Of a DNA stretch of 64,000 bases, positions 33,601-44,936 are shown piece after piece; position 1 is the first letter of the stretch, and every line of letters begins with the position of its first letter. The DNA lies in NCBI GenBank assembly GCA_047495785.1, contig JBLDXI010000029.1:248001-312000 (forward strand), read 5' to 3'. The position numbers and the translations under genes are program-made. Under the pieces are notes generated by a model. The model was not told the origin of the DNA, did not search any database, and saw only the letters and a list, made by a program, of their open reading frames with translations. This DNA is from Lepidodermella squamata. Taxonomy: Eukaryota; Animalia; Gastrotricha.

Positions 33601-36600
33601 ACGACCGGGAACATTCTGATGAAGAAAGAAGCCTAGGATGGTTATTGCCAGCCTTTGCTATCGTTCAGCTGAAATGCAACGAAGGATTCCAAGTCGTTAA
33701 CGGATCTGACTTAGCTATTTGCCAAAAAAGAGGCAAGCTTCAACCAAAACTTGGAACATGTGCACCTGTTCAGGTAAGCAAATTAGTTGTGATTTTCTTT
33801 CTACTGTACGGTTGTTTGTTATAATTTCACGGGAAAATTAGAGATAGCATGATTTTGACCTGCCAAACTTTGAAGTAATAGCCTTTTCCTGAACTGCTTT
33901 CCCGGCAATTTTTTTAATTGAAATTGTCTCCTTACAGAAAGGTCAGGATGGATACGGCGTCACAATAGCACGGGCGCCTGGGATGTCAGCAGCAAATGCT
34001 GATCAACAACTCACTACGAGTCAGAATCCCCACTCGAATGAATCTGAACTTCAGGAGCAGCTGATGAAAGCGAGTTCTGGCGGCGATCTCGAAGAAGTGA
34101 TGCGATTGCTTGCCCTGGGGTATTTGGATGTTAACTGGGTGGATGCCGGTGGCTCTACGGCGATTCATAAAGCTGTCGCTTCGAAGAATTCTCTGATTGT
34201 TGCTGCTCTGTTGGATGCCGGGGCTGATATCAACTCGCGAACCAAGGATGGCGGAACGCCGCTGATAGAAGCTGTCTACCTCAAGGCAAAAAATGTCGTG
34301 GAATTGCTTCTGAATCGAGGTGCCGATCGAGAGCTTGCTAAGAGTGATGGCGCTTCGGCGTACAATTTCGCAGAATGGGGCGGCGATAAAGAGATCGTTG
34401 AAATGATGCGACAAACCGAGCATGAAGTAAGTTTTCGAATGGAGTTATGAAAAGCTGACTTCAATTATTGCAATATATCGTGTGATTACTATTAATGATT
34501 GCCTTGCTTTCTTACAGCTTGAAACTACAACCATACAAGTGACGACGGAGGAGGACCTCACGATAAAGCAACAGCTGCTGATCGATGCTGCTGGTCGTGG
34601 TGATTCGAACGAAGTCGAGCGTTTACTTGCAATCAAAAACCTCGATGTTGAGTGGAGGGATTCAGAAGGATCCGCTGCGATTCACAAAGCAGTAAAATCT
34701 AAAAACCCGCAAGTCTTAAATATTCTCTTGGCTGTTGGGGCTGATGTCAACTCTCGAACACGGGATGGCGGAACGCCTTTGATCGAAGCTATCTACCATA
34801 AGGCGAAAGATGTTGTGAAATTGCTGCTGGATCGAGGTGCGGATCGGGATATCGCGAAAAATGACGGGGCCACAGCTTACAACTTTGCGGAATGGAGCGG
34901 TGACAAAGATATAATTAGCCTAGTTCACAGGGGTAGCAATCGCGTGAGTCTTTACTTATATAATATTATTTTCTATCTTTGAGCCAAATTATATTTTTAG
35001 AATATTGCATCAAGTATCCCGCATGTCGCAACAACAGCTTCGAATAGCGATGACTTTCAATTAACGCTTTTCAATGCAGCTTCTGCGAAAAACCTGGGCG
35101 AAGTGGCGCGCCTCTTAGCCGTCGGCAAATTAGATCCGGCCTGGAGAGATTCAAGCGGTTTTGGAGCGATTCACAAATCCGTTTGCGATAAGAAGCCTGC
35201 CATAGCAGCGGCTTTGCTCGACGCCGGGGCTGATATCGAATCGCTGACAGCGACGGGCGCGACGCCACTCATCGAAGCGATCTTTTGCCAGGCGAAAGAA
35301 ACAATTCGGTTTCTGCTGGAACGCGGCGCTAATGTGGCAGCTAGGAAGTATGACGGGGCGTCAGTTGAGAACTTCGCTGAATGGACGAACGATGCCGAAA
35401 TTGTTTCGTTGGTCAAAGAATTCAGAGGCAAGGTGAGTCGGAAGGTTTTGAGATTGTAAATCAGAGACAATTTACTGCCGGGAATCGAAATGTCATCCTT
35501 TTCTTATCCTATCCGCTGAACAAAATGCCTTGATCCGGGGGTGTTATAGAATACAGAGCTCGTTTGTCTCTTTTTTTCAGCTCAAGTCGTCAACAGTTCT
35601 TCCCACTGTCACCACTGTAGTCCCAACTTCAGTTTTACAACAACGCTTAAACGATGCGGCAGGTCGGGGCGACATATCTACAGTCGAAGAAATATTAAAA
35701 CACCCAGATCTTGACATAAACTGGCGTGATCTAGGCGGCAAAACAGCAATGCATCGAGCTGCTTACGCTGGCCATGAGAAAGTGATTGATGTGCTGATCG
35801 CAGAAGCGGGAGCCTCAATTGATGCGAGAGGCATTGATGGTGTAACGCCGTTGATTGAGGCCACTTCGCGAGCCAGGCAGGATCTGGTGAAAATGCTCCT
35901 CGAACGAGGGGCGGACTGCTTCCTAGCGAAGGCAACTGGAGAGACGGCATTCGACCTGGCAAGACGCAACGGCTACTCTGGCATTATTCACCTTTTCACT
36001 CAACATAGTGACAGAGTGAGTTTTCTATCATTTACTCGCCAAATCCTTGTCTTGCTGGGTATGCTGATTCTATTTGGAAGTGTGTTTCCAATCTAATTAT
36101 GCCTTGGCAAAAGAAGTCCCAAGTTTTCCTAATGTAATCTGCAATTATTTTCAGGCTTATCGAATAATGATTGCGGAAAATGGTCGATTACTTGGCGCGG
36201 CTGTTGCTAGCAACAATTTGGAGGAACTGCGGAAAGTTATAGCTTACGATCCCGTTGATGTGAAATGGCGAGATGAGCGGTTGGTCGATGGAATTCAGAA
36301 TGCAACAGCACTGCACCGGGCTATTGTTACTAATGCCTCGCTCAACGTAGTGAAAGCTCTTCTGAACGCTGGCGCTGAGATCGAATCTAGAGAATCCAAG
36401 TATGGTCATACTGCTCTCAGCTTGGCGATTAAGTCAATGGCGAGTCCGGAAATCGTGAAATTGCTTCTCGATCACGGTGCCAGCGCCGAAATTCTGTTTG
36501 GGCCGGAAAACATGACGCCTCTGATGCTCGCATCTGTAAATGGTGATGTTGAAGCTATCAAAATACTTTTGGAGAAAAAGGCTGCAATTCGGGCGAAGGG

Positions 36601-38249
36601 CAGTCTGGGTTTAACTGCGTTGCACTACGCGATTGTTCACAATAACACCGAAGCAGCTCGTCAGCTCCTGAATGCTGGGGCTGATCTTGAAGCGAAAGAT
36701 GTTGATGGTTATACCCCGCTTATTGTAGCCGCCTGTTATGGGAGAGTAGACATTCTGAAAGATCTACTCAAAGCAGGTGCGAACGTGCAAGCGAAATCAA
36801 ATAATGGCACGACGGCGTTGGATTTGGCTGAGGTCCGTAATCAGAAAGATGCGGCCGAGCTTCTTGAGCTGTACGAGGTGAGTGATTTTTCCTACAACTC
36901 AAAACCGTTCTCTTCATTCTATCTACTTTCTCCGATGTACGTATTTTAGGTGAGCATGGACGAAGTCAGTCGCAGACTCGGCGATGCAGCCGCTGCGAAC
37001 AACACAAAAGTAGTACGGGAGATCATTGAAACAGGCCGCGCCGACGTTAACTGGCACGACAGTCGTGTTTCGGAAGACATTCTTCGAAACCCAACCGCAC
37101 TTCACCGCGCTGTTCACGCGACTGCTCACACTGAAATCGTCGAACTGCTTCTCAACGCAAGTGCCGATATCGAAGCTCGGGAAGCGAAAATCGGTGCTAC
37201 GCCACTTGCGATCGCATGCCGCCGTCCAAACTTGGCAACAGTGCGGCTTCTGATCGAGCGGGGGGCGAACGTGAATGCGCAGTCGAGTCAAGGAATGACG
37301 CCACTCATGCGTGCCTCTAGCTCCGGAATGGTTGCGAACGCTGAGTTGCTGCTCGCAAATGGGGCCGATGCGAAAATTGCGAGTTTAAAGGGCGAAACAG
37401 CGCTTCATTTCGCTGTCAGTCGTAATAATTCCCAACTTGTGCGATTGCTGCTGGAACGAGGCGCTCCTGTGAATGCGAAAATGGCTGGAGTTACTACGCC
37501 GCTTATAATGGCAGCGAGTATCGGCTCACTGGACGTTGTTCGGTTACTACTCGCGGCTGGTGCTAATGTCAGTGCGATGGACAAGTTAGGCCGAACAGCT
37601 GCGGCTATCGCAACGGCTCAAAATCATCTTGCTGCAGCTGCACTCATAGCCAAGTTCAAGGTAAAACCAGTTATTCCTGAGTTTAAACAGGATTTGAAGG
37701 TTTTATTTTCACCAAAGTCGCTTCGAGGAATTTCCTTCAGCTTACCCTCCGCAACTACATTTCTTTCATGTAATTTTATTTCATTCTCAGATTCCGACTG
37801 CTGAGCTGGCAGCTCTACTTTGCGAGGCTTCGTGTAGCGGCGAATCACCCACGATCGAAGGCCTCCTCGCCATTCGACGCATCGACTTAAATAGCAAAAT
37901 CTGCGTCCACAATATTGACCAATTAACTACAGTTAGAATGACGCCTCTTCATCAAGCTGTTCGGTGTAAGAAAACGCAGATCATTCAGCTACTGCTCGAC
38001 AGGGGCAACAAAGTCAACGCACTAGATTCCAATGGTGCAACACCTCTCATTTGGGCTGGTTACATTGGATCAACTCCTGTTGTTAAGCAGCTGATTGGCA
38101 AGGGAGCAGGAAAAGATGCTAAAATGAAGAATGGAGGGACGGCTCTGATGATGGCGGCTAAGAACGGTCACGTCGAAACTGCACGGTACTTGATCAGCCT
38201 CGGCGCTAATGCTACAGGCTGCGCGTGGGAGCCTTGTTTTTCTGGCTGA
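30631..38249 (+). CDS. Gene I: very large secreted ANK - ANK - 3xCCP - 7 ANK-cassette protein
   Basis: Signal exon 30631-30722 (MMKYFISGSTICCLLAIIWQADA, phase 2). ANK ~30980-31922 and ~32309-33021. CCP ~33150-33499 and ~33550-33773. ANK cassette exons ~33938-34426, 34518-34943, 35001-35433, 35581-36015, 36155-36877, 36950-37660, 37791-38249 (ends NATGCAWEPCFSG*). Confidence 0.8.
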
Positions 38250-39368
38250 CAATTATAAACCTTTTTATGTTTCGAATTTTAGTAAAAAAGTCATTTTCTT
38301 GTGACCTTTGTCATAGCTGATGTCAGAAAGACCTTGAGGACAAATAATAGCTTTCGCTTATACGCTAAAATACGCTCACGTTTCATAAAAAGCAATTTAA
38401 AGTTTTGGCTAGTTGTTCGTTGTGTGTTTTACCAGCTGCTTAAATTAAAATTTCTAATGTTTTCATCATAGTATGAATCATTATTATTATGCCAATTCCA
38501 TACGTAAAATTTAGCGCAAAATTACGATGCATAGAAATGCGAATAGCTGGTATTAGGCAACAAGTACCGTTCTCGTTTTCGGTGTTGCCATGAGCAAAGC
38601 CTTTTTTACCGAGGTTAAAAAATCGCGAAATATAGATAATCAAAAAGAGATCTCGACGTATACCGTTCCTGCTGAATTGTACGCTCACCATATTGTTCGA
38701 TTTGTTTACTCACCATACTACCACAATAGCAGAATTTAAAATATGCATACTTTGAGCAAATCACAAATCCGATCGAATTGAGAAAAACAAATTTCGCAAC
38801 CAGGACCGCCTTGAAAAACTAAATAGGATAGACTGAAAACATCTCTTTCGAAAAATGGTGTCGCTTGCTATGGCTCCGATGGCTCCGACTTTTACCCGCT
38901 GTTATGACGAAGTGCAAAGCGATTTGTTTGATGCTAGCTCGCTTGTTTCTTGTCACTCACATCCAAGCTGCTGTATGCCTAGTTATACAATTATAACTAG
39001 CGATATATTATCTGGTTTATGTTTCCTGTGACACGAAACGCTCTGCAGAGCGAAAAAATATCACCGCTCCGTTTGGCGGAGCCTGTTACTCAATTTGCCA
39101 ACTCTTTTAACTTTTAACTTATTACACTGTGAGCAAAACGGCTCTTTATTTTTCATTTCATAATAGCCAGCATCTATTGGCATGTGACGACTAGACTCAC
39201 TACGAGGCAGTCACCCAGTCGATAAAGAGGTAAAAATGCGTAGCCCGTTTCCCGCCGCTCGTTTGCACAGGTGCTTTGCGTTAGAAAATGTTTAGCACTT
39301 CTGTTAGGCTGGGTATCAAAAAATTGCTGCTTTCACCGAATTTTATTTTTGAAAATAATAAAGAAACC

Positions 39369-40455
39369 ATGGGGACAGATCTGGGCGTAGGATTCACAGC
39401 CCTTTTCTCTTCATCACTCGTAAAATGCCTCAACCGGATTCTCCTGAAATCGCTAACATCGCCGAGCTCTGCAGAACAGCTAACCGTGCTGTACGTCATG
39501 CTGGTTCGGCCAATCACAATGGCTTTCTTCGCCATTCCTTTCGTGACACTAACGAAGTCGCCATTTTTTACATTCACGGGACGCGAATGGGTACTACTCG
39601 TGACTCGGTCTGTGGTTGCTTTCGTATCAGCAGGTGCGAATGCATTCGCCGTCACGTTGATTTCACTGTCAGATTTGACGACGATAACTTCTGTAACGCC
39701 TATGGTAACCTCATTTGTAAGTTGGCCAATCCTTGGCGAGAGACCCAAGCTATCGGATTTCCCGATCTTCTTAGTTATGATGTCAGGTATGCTTGTGAAA
39801 CCGCGACTCCAAGTAATGATTTTATCCTTATTTGTTAAAGGAATACTTTTCATCATTCAGCCGAGGTTCATGTTCGGTGGCTCTAATGACTACGCACCGC
39901 CCAACCAAGTAGGCGTGATGCTTGGCATTCTGTCCATTTTAGGCAGGGTATGATTTAGTGGAAATTTTATTCATGAGCTGTAGGATTTCTGCCTTCTAGT
40001 GTTTGAATCATACGAGCACTCGAGGGCTTCGAAATGTCCCTACAGCCAGCGCAACCTTTGTCTACAGTCTTGTTTCTTCCTTCATCTGTATAGCTATCAA
40101 TCTGGCTTTCGACAACTCGCCACTGCCGTGTTTGACGCTATCACGCTTTGAAACCCTCCTCGGTGGGCTTTTCATGTTGGTCGACATAACCATGAGCAAA
40201 TATGCCGGTCGATTCTTGCCAGCAGCGTTCTTGTCCCTCGGCGCAGGGATTGAACTGATCTTGCAGCTTCTCATTCAGCTGATATTTTTCGACAACGAGG
40301 TGAAACTGTTCAACCTAATTGGAGCGCTAATTGTAATATCGGCCTTTGGACTTATTGCTATGCGGAATTGGGTGGTCGAGTATAACGACGATGAAAAGCG
40401 CGCCGTTTGGATTAGTCGAAAACCCGGCTGTTTTATGAAGTTTCTTAATTTGTAG
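39369..40455 (+). CDS. EamA/DMT superfamily (SLC35G-like) transporter, copy 1
   Basis: Three exons (~39369-39787, ~39841-39947, ~40000-40455), about 10 hydrophobic helices. EamA-type motifs LVTRSVVAF...ISLSDLTTITSVTPMVTSFVSWPILGERP and LLIQLIFFDNEVKLFNLIGALIVI. An upstream exon cannot be excluded. Confidence 0.8.
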
Positions 40456-40612
40456 GTGTCACTTGACGGCAGTAGTTGCCGACAGTTTGCACTGATAGTT
40501 TTTAGTCTTACCTCGCGCATCGCGTGAAGAATGATAGGCTGACTATATGGAAGCCAAGACGGAGCCTCAAGATGACAAAATAAAAAACCTGTGACTCCTA
40601 TACCCATATAAA

Positions 40613-41057
40613 TCATGAGACGTAGCTAGGACGCCACAGCTGGGTTGTTTACGAGTTGGCAGAGATAATTAGGGTCAAAGGTCACTTTTTGAAAATAATG
40701 AGATGAATCACCTCATTAAATATTCGCGTTCTTTTCATCCTATTCTTATGTTGTCCAAAGTCAGGTTAAAGGTTCCTTTGATTCAGGCGCAATCAATCGA
40801 TAATTAATGATAAGGTAAGTGTGCATAATTCGTTACAAAAACGGTCTTTTTGCGCCATTTCTGCCACCGCGCGCTCATTTCGAAATTTGAACTTAATATT
40901 TTTTAAATTTCAGATATTAATAAAATAATTGTTTTTATAAATCCAATTGTTTCAAAAGGCAAATTATTCAGAATATTCAGAGATAAGCATGCATAACGCC
41001 AACGTGTCACTTTGTATGGCGGGATTCATGCTTCGGCGTCCTAGCTACGTCTCATGA
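40613..41057. mobile_element. MITE-like element with 23-bp perfect terminal inverted repeats
   Basis: TCATGAGACGTAGCTAGGACGCC (40613-40635) and GGCGTCCTAGCTACGTCTCATGA (41035-41057); AT-rich non-coding interior. Confidence 0.7.
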
Positions 41058-41779
41058 CTAGTGGTTCCACAATGTAAACGAGCGTAAAAGTGGTGAATTA
41101 CTGCGGCAAAAAACAATTGTTACCAAAAGCTTTATGGATTGCACGAATGTTTCATCCGGGAGTCATAGCAACGGATCGATTGACCAATCAACATGCGCAT
41201 CGGATTGGACATCGGATTGGATTGGTACCACTATCATTATAAGTTACATTGAAACGTTGGTCCAAAGAAACTTGTTCGGCTATTATTGCGGTTTACAGTG
41301 TACAGTTTACAGTTCGCTGGCCTGCTACCTGCCAGCCGTTGATCACGAAGCTACGAGCCATGCCTCAAAAACATTAGCCGCGTTTTCTTTCGATGTAGCC
41401 TCGTGACAAATTGCCACAAATTGGCTGAATGGCTTGTGGCGTGTGAACAAATATAAAATAAGCTAAATTTCCTGGACCCATTATTCTTGTTTGCTACACA
41501 CTCATCTTTCGCTGATGGCGGATCAGAGAAATGTTTTCGTAGTGCATGCGCATAGCAAAAATGATTTTTTCATTTTCAAATTGCGCTTTCACGTAAAATA
41601 AAAAATATGCTCACTTGGTGGTGGTAGTAAAACTTTAAGCGGTTCTGCGTTTGTTCAGTTGTTCTTTTAACATTTTTGTTAGTGCTAAGGCGCTCTTAGG
41701 TGCGAGTTGAGTTTCAAATGATTGCTAGGTCCGTTTAGAAAAGTTTAACCATTTAGAAATTGAAAAACCAAGGAAACAC

Positions 41780-43378
41780 ATGGGCTCAGATCTCGCCATA
41801 GGCTTATCTGCCCTGCTAGCTTCATCGCTTGTAAAATGCCTGAACAGACTTCTACTCAAATTACTTACGTCGACCGGCTCTTCAGAGCAGCTAACCGTGC
41901 TATACGTCTTGCTAGTTCGGCCAATTACAATGGCTATTTTCGCCGTGCCATACGTGACGCTGAGAAAAGCGTCATTCTTCACATTCACAGGTCGCGAATG
42001 GCTCATGCTGATACTTCGATCCGTCGTCGCCTTTGTATCTGCCACGTCAAACGCCTTCGCTGTAACGATGATTTCAATGGCTGATTTGACAACTATCACT
42101 TCCGTCACGCCCATTGTGACGGCATTCTTCAGTTGGCCCATCTTAGGCGAACGACCCAAACTATCGGATTTCCCGATTTTCCTCGTCATGCTTTTAGGTA
42201 AACTTTAAAGAGAAATACTAATGTAATTATCCATTAGGAAAAACTAGGTCAATCATGAGAAAAGTTTCAGACGGGCGAAAGGGCTCATTCGACAATGTTA
42301 GCTAATTAGCTTACATTTTCTGATAGACCCTCTCATTCGTCTACCGTTTGGGCCATAGTCTCTATTTACATGCAAAAACCAAAAACATGGCCCATTGGAC
42401 GGTAGACGAATTATTAGCTTGTACTGATTACTGATGACAATATTTGCTCTTGGACCGGTACATGCTAATAGCCTGAGCTTTATAATAGTATAGCAGTGTA
42501 CCTCAAGCCTAAAGGGAGTGATGGGGGAGTAATAGGGATTGGTTTCCCGGAGTTAAATTGTAACAATAAAAAACTCTCTTTCGAGAGTCTGGATTAAAAC
42601 CATCGGATTCTCAATATCGCGGGTGGTTTTGAGTCATGTTTAGTGTTAATAAGCGTCAGGCAGTGAGAGGGAAAACCCTTCATGTTGCAGAGAAACACTA
42701 AACAACCGCCCACCACGTTCTCCATTGACATTAACATACAATTGCTTCAATTTTCCTTAAAAGGCATAATTTTCGTCGTTCAACCGCAATTCATTTTCGG
42801 CTGGTCCGCTGACTACGCTCCACCGAACCACGTTGGAGTGATACTTGGCATCGTGTCAATTATAGCAAGGGTATCGCACTACTCTAACTCACCTGCTTAT
42901 TCTCCATTTTAATTGTTAACAGTGCCTAAACCACACGAGCATTCGCGGACTTCATGCTGTACCTACGGCCAGTGCTACATTCATCTACGCCACAATATGC
43001 TCTGTCATCACCATAGTAATCACACTGCCCTTCGATCAAACGCGCCTGCCTTGTTTGACGCTATCACGCTTCGAAACCGTCCTCGGTGGGCTTCTGATGC
43101 TGGTCGACATTACCATGAGCACATATGCCGGTGGATTCCTGCCAGCACCTTTTCTGTCGCTCGGCGCGGGGATTGAGTTGGTCCTGCAACTTATCATTCA
43201 GCTGATATTTTACGACAGTGAGGTGAAAATGTTCAACCTAATTGGAGCGCTCATTGTAATATCAGCTTTCGGATTGATCGCCACCCGAAATATCATTGTC
43301 GAAAAGTATGCTGATGAAAAGCGTCGAACCAGATTGGAGAAAGATCGTTCTTGCTGCTTGACATTTCTTACAATTTAG
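41780..43378 (+). CDS. EamA/DMT superfamily (SLC35G-like) transporter, copy 2 (tandem paralog)
   Basis: Same exon structure as copy 1 (~41780-42197, ~42764-42870, ~42922-43378) with highly similar protein; longer first intron. Confidence 0.8.
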
Positions 43379-43592
43379 CATCAATCACAGGGTGGTATTC
43401 ACTTATTTATTTGAAGACCATGATATCGATGATAGGATGATTTACAAGAAGAAAAAGATAATGCATCCGCAAGGTGCCAGGGTTGAGTAACTATTTATTT
43501 TTCACGCACAACACGCATAACCAGCTTGAAGAATGTTCCCTCTCAGTATCGTTCCAAGTGTTTTGAAAAACAGCGGATGGGATGGCAATCTA

Positions 43593-43772
43593 CAGGGTGG
43601 CCAAAAAATTCCGCAGAGCGGGAATTCGCTGCGCATCAATTTAATGAGGAGTTTTAAAAAGTTGAAGAGTTTCAAGCCTTCTTTTGCCAACGGAACTCCA
43701 CAATTACTTGCAACTCCTCATTAAGATGATGCGCATCGAATTCCCGCTCTGCGGAATTTTTTGGTCACCCTG
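43593..43772. mobile_element. Tc1/mariner-type MITE (near-palindromic, TA-flanked)
   Basis: TA|CAGGGTGGCCAAAAAATTCCGCAGAGCGGGAATTCG... ...CGAATTCCCGCTCTGCGGAATTTTTTGGTCACCCTG|TA; arms exceed 60 bp. Confidence 0.85.
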
Positions 43773-43970
43773 TATAACAAATCTTGTGACTTTTCTCGTT
43801 AACGCCCTTAGTGGAACCAGTTAAAATCCACAATTATCTGATTGGTCGGATGGTTTCAAGTCTGTGATTGGTTGGTTCAAAGAGCACGCGACACGCACCA
43901 TTTATTTCTATTTTTTTCTGCGATTATGAAAATTGAAATTTAGCGGAAAGTGACTACCTCTTGCCATCAA

Positions 43971-44043
43971 GCCGAGATAGCTCAGTTGGGAGAGCGTTAG
44001 ACTGAAGATCTAAAGGTCCCTGGTTCGATCCCGGGTCTCGGCG
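43971..44043 (+). tRNA. tRNA-Phe(GAA)
   Basis: GCCGAGATAGCTCAGTTGGGAGAGCGTTAGACTGAAGATCTAAAGGTCCCTGGTTCGATCCCGGGTCTCGGCG: canonical eukaryotic cloverleaf with a downstream T-run. Confidence 0.95.
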
Positions 44044-44112
44044 TACCTTTTTGCGCCGTAATTGGCCTATCCTAATTGCCACGTTAGAAGCCCACGGGGG
44101 TTTTCTATCGCA

Positions 44113-44184
44113 GGCCCGTTGGTCTAGGGGTATGATTCTCGCTTCGGGTGCGAGAGGTCTCGGGTTCAATTCCCGAACGGGCCC
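44113..44184 (+). tRNA. tRNA-Pro(CGG)
   Basis: GGCCCGTTGGTCTAGGGGTATGATTCTCGCTTCGGGTGCGAGAGGTCTCGGGTTCAATTCCCGAACGGGCCC: all stems pair; downstream T-run. Confidence 0.93.
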
Positions 44185-44267
44185 ACTAGGTTTTTCTTCA
44201 TTTGAATTTCAACAAGCTATTGAAAATTCATCGCATAATCTTCACATTCAGTATTTATCTTCACACA

Positions 44268-44339
44268 TCCCTGATGGTCTAGTGGTTAGGATTCCGCGCT
44301 TTCACCGCGGCGGCCCGGGTTCGATTCCAAGTCAGGGAA
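44268..44339 (+). tRNA. tRNA-Glu(TTC), T-stem damaged (possible pseudogene)
   Basis: TCCCTGATGGTCTAGTGGTTAGGATTCCGCGCTTTCACCGCGGCGGCCCGGGTTCGATTCCAAGTCAGGGAA. The T-stem CCGGG/CCAAG has two mismatches. Confidence 0.8.
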
Positions 44340-44394
44340 AGTTTTGGTCCGAAATGAGGTTTTTTGCAAAAATCACTGCTTATCGCAAGAAATC

Positions 44395-44562
44395 GAGGGA
44401 GGCTTAGGGGATCGAACCTTCAATCGTCTGCTATCTGGGCAGACACTAACTGGGCAAGTTTTTGAAAAGCTGGCGCCCTTCGGGAGACTCGAACCGCAGA
44501 AACTGCGATTAACTGCTCACGGGAGACCAGGGTTCGAATCCCTGCCAAGGAGCTAGCTTTTT
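44395..44562. pseudogene. Degenerate tRNA-like remnants (two on the - strand, one on the + strand)
   Basis: Minus: GTCTGC-CCAGATA-GCAGAC hairpin plus GGTTCGATCC (~44395-44450). Minus: GGTTCGAGTC followed by a T-run (~44465-44500). Plus: CAGGGTTCGAATCCCTG followed by a T-run (~44520-44562). No complete acceptor stems. Confidence 0.5.
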
Positions 44563-44936
44563 TCTCAGCTTTTCTTAGCTTTAAACTATGCGTAATGGCC
44601 AAAAATGTACAACCGCCCGTGTCGCGTGCTCTCTGAACCAACCAATCACAGACTTGAAACCGCCCGACCAATCAGATAATTGTGGATTCACTGGTTCCAC
44701 TAAGCCGTTGGCAAGGCAACACAACAGGATAGCAGCTGTTGTCAAGGGAGATTTTATTATTCAACTGTAAAGCTCCATCCTATTATCTTTTCTGCGTTTT
44801 CGACCCACCGATGAATCAGCCACGAGTTAATTTTCATATCCCATATTATTATTAAAAGTCGTCAGAGCTCAAGTGATTTTAATCATCGAAGGCCATTATA
44901 ACCATCATCAACAAGACACGAACAAGAAAACATAGA

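Larger units (their letters stand above)
43807..44704. repeat. ~90-bp inverted repeats enclosing the tRNA cluster
   Basis: CTTAGTGGAACCAG...ATCCACAATTATCTGATTGGTCGG...GAGCACGCGACACG (~43807-43895) is the reverse complement, with a few mismatches, of CGTGTCGCGTGCTC...CCAATCAGATAATTGTGGAT...CTGGTTCCACTAAG (~44618-44704). Confidence 0.9.

Noticed and set aside
43954-44770. Short ORFs across the tRNA region
   Set aside because: They overlap tRNA genes and inverted repeats.
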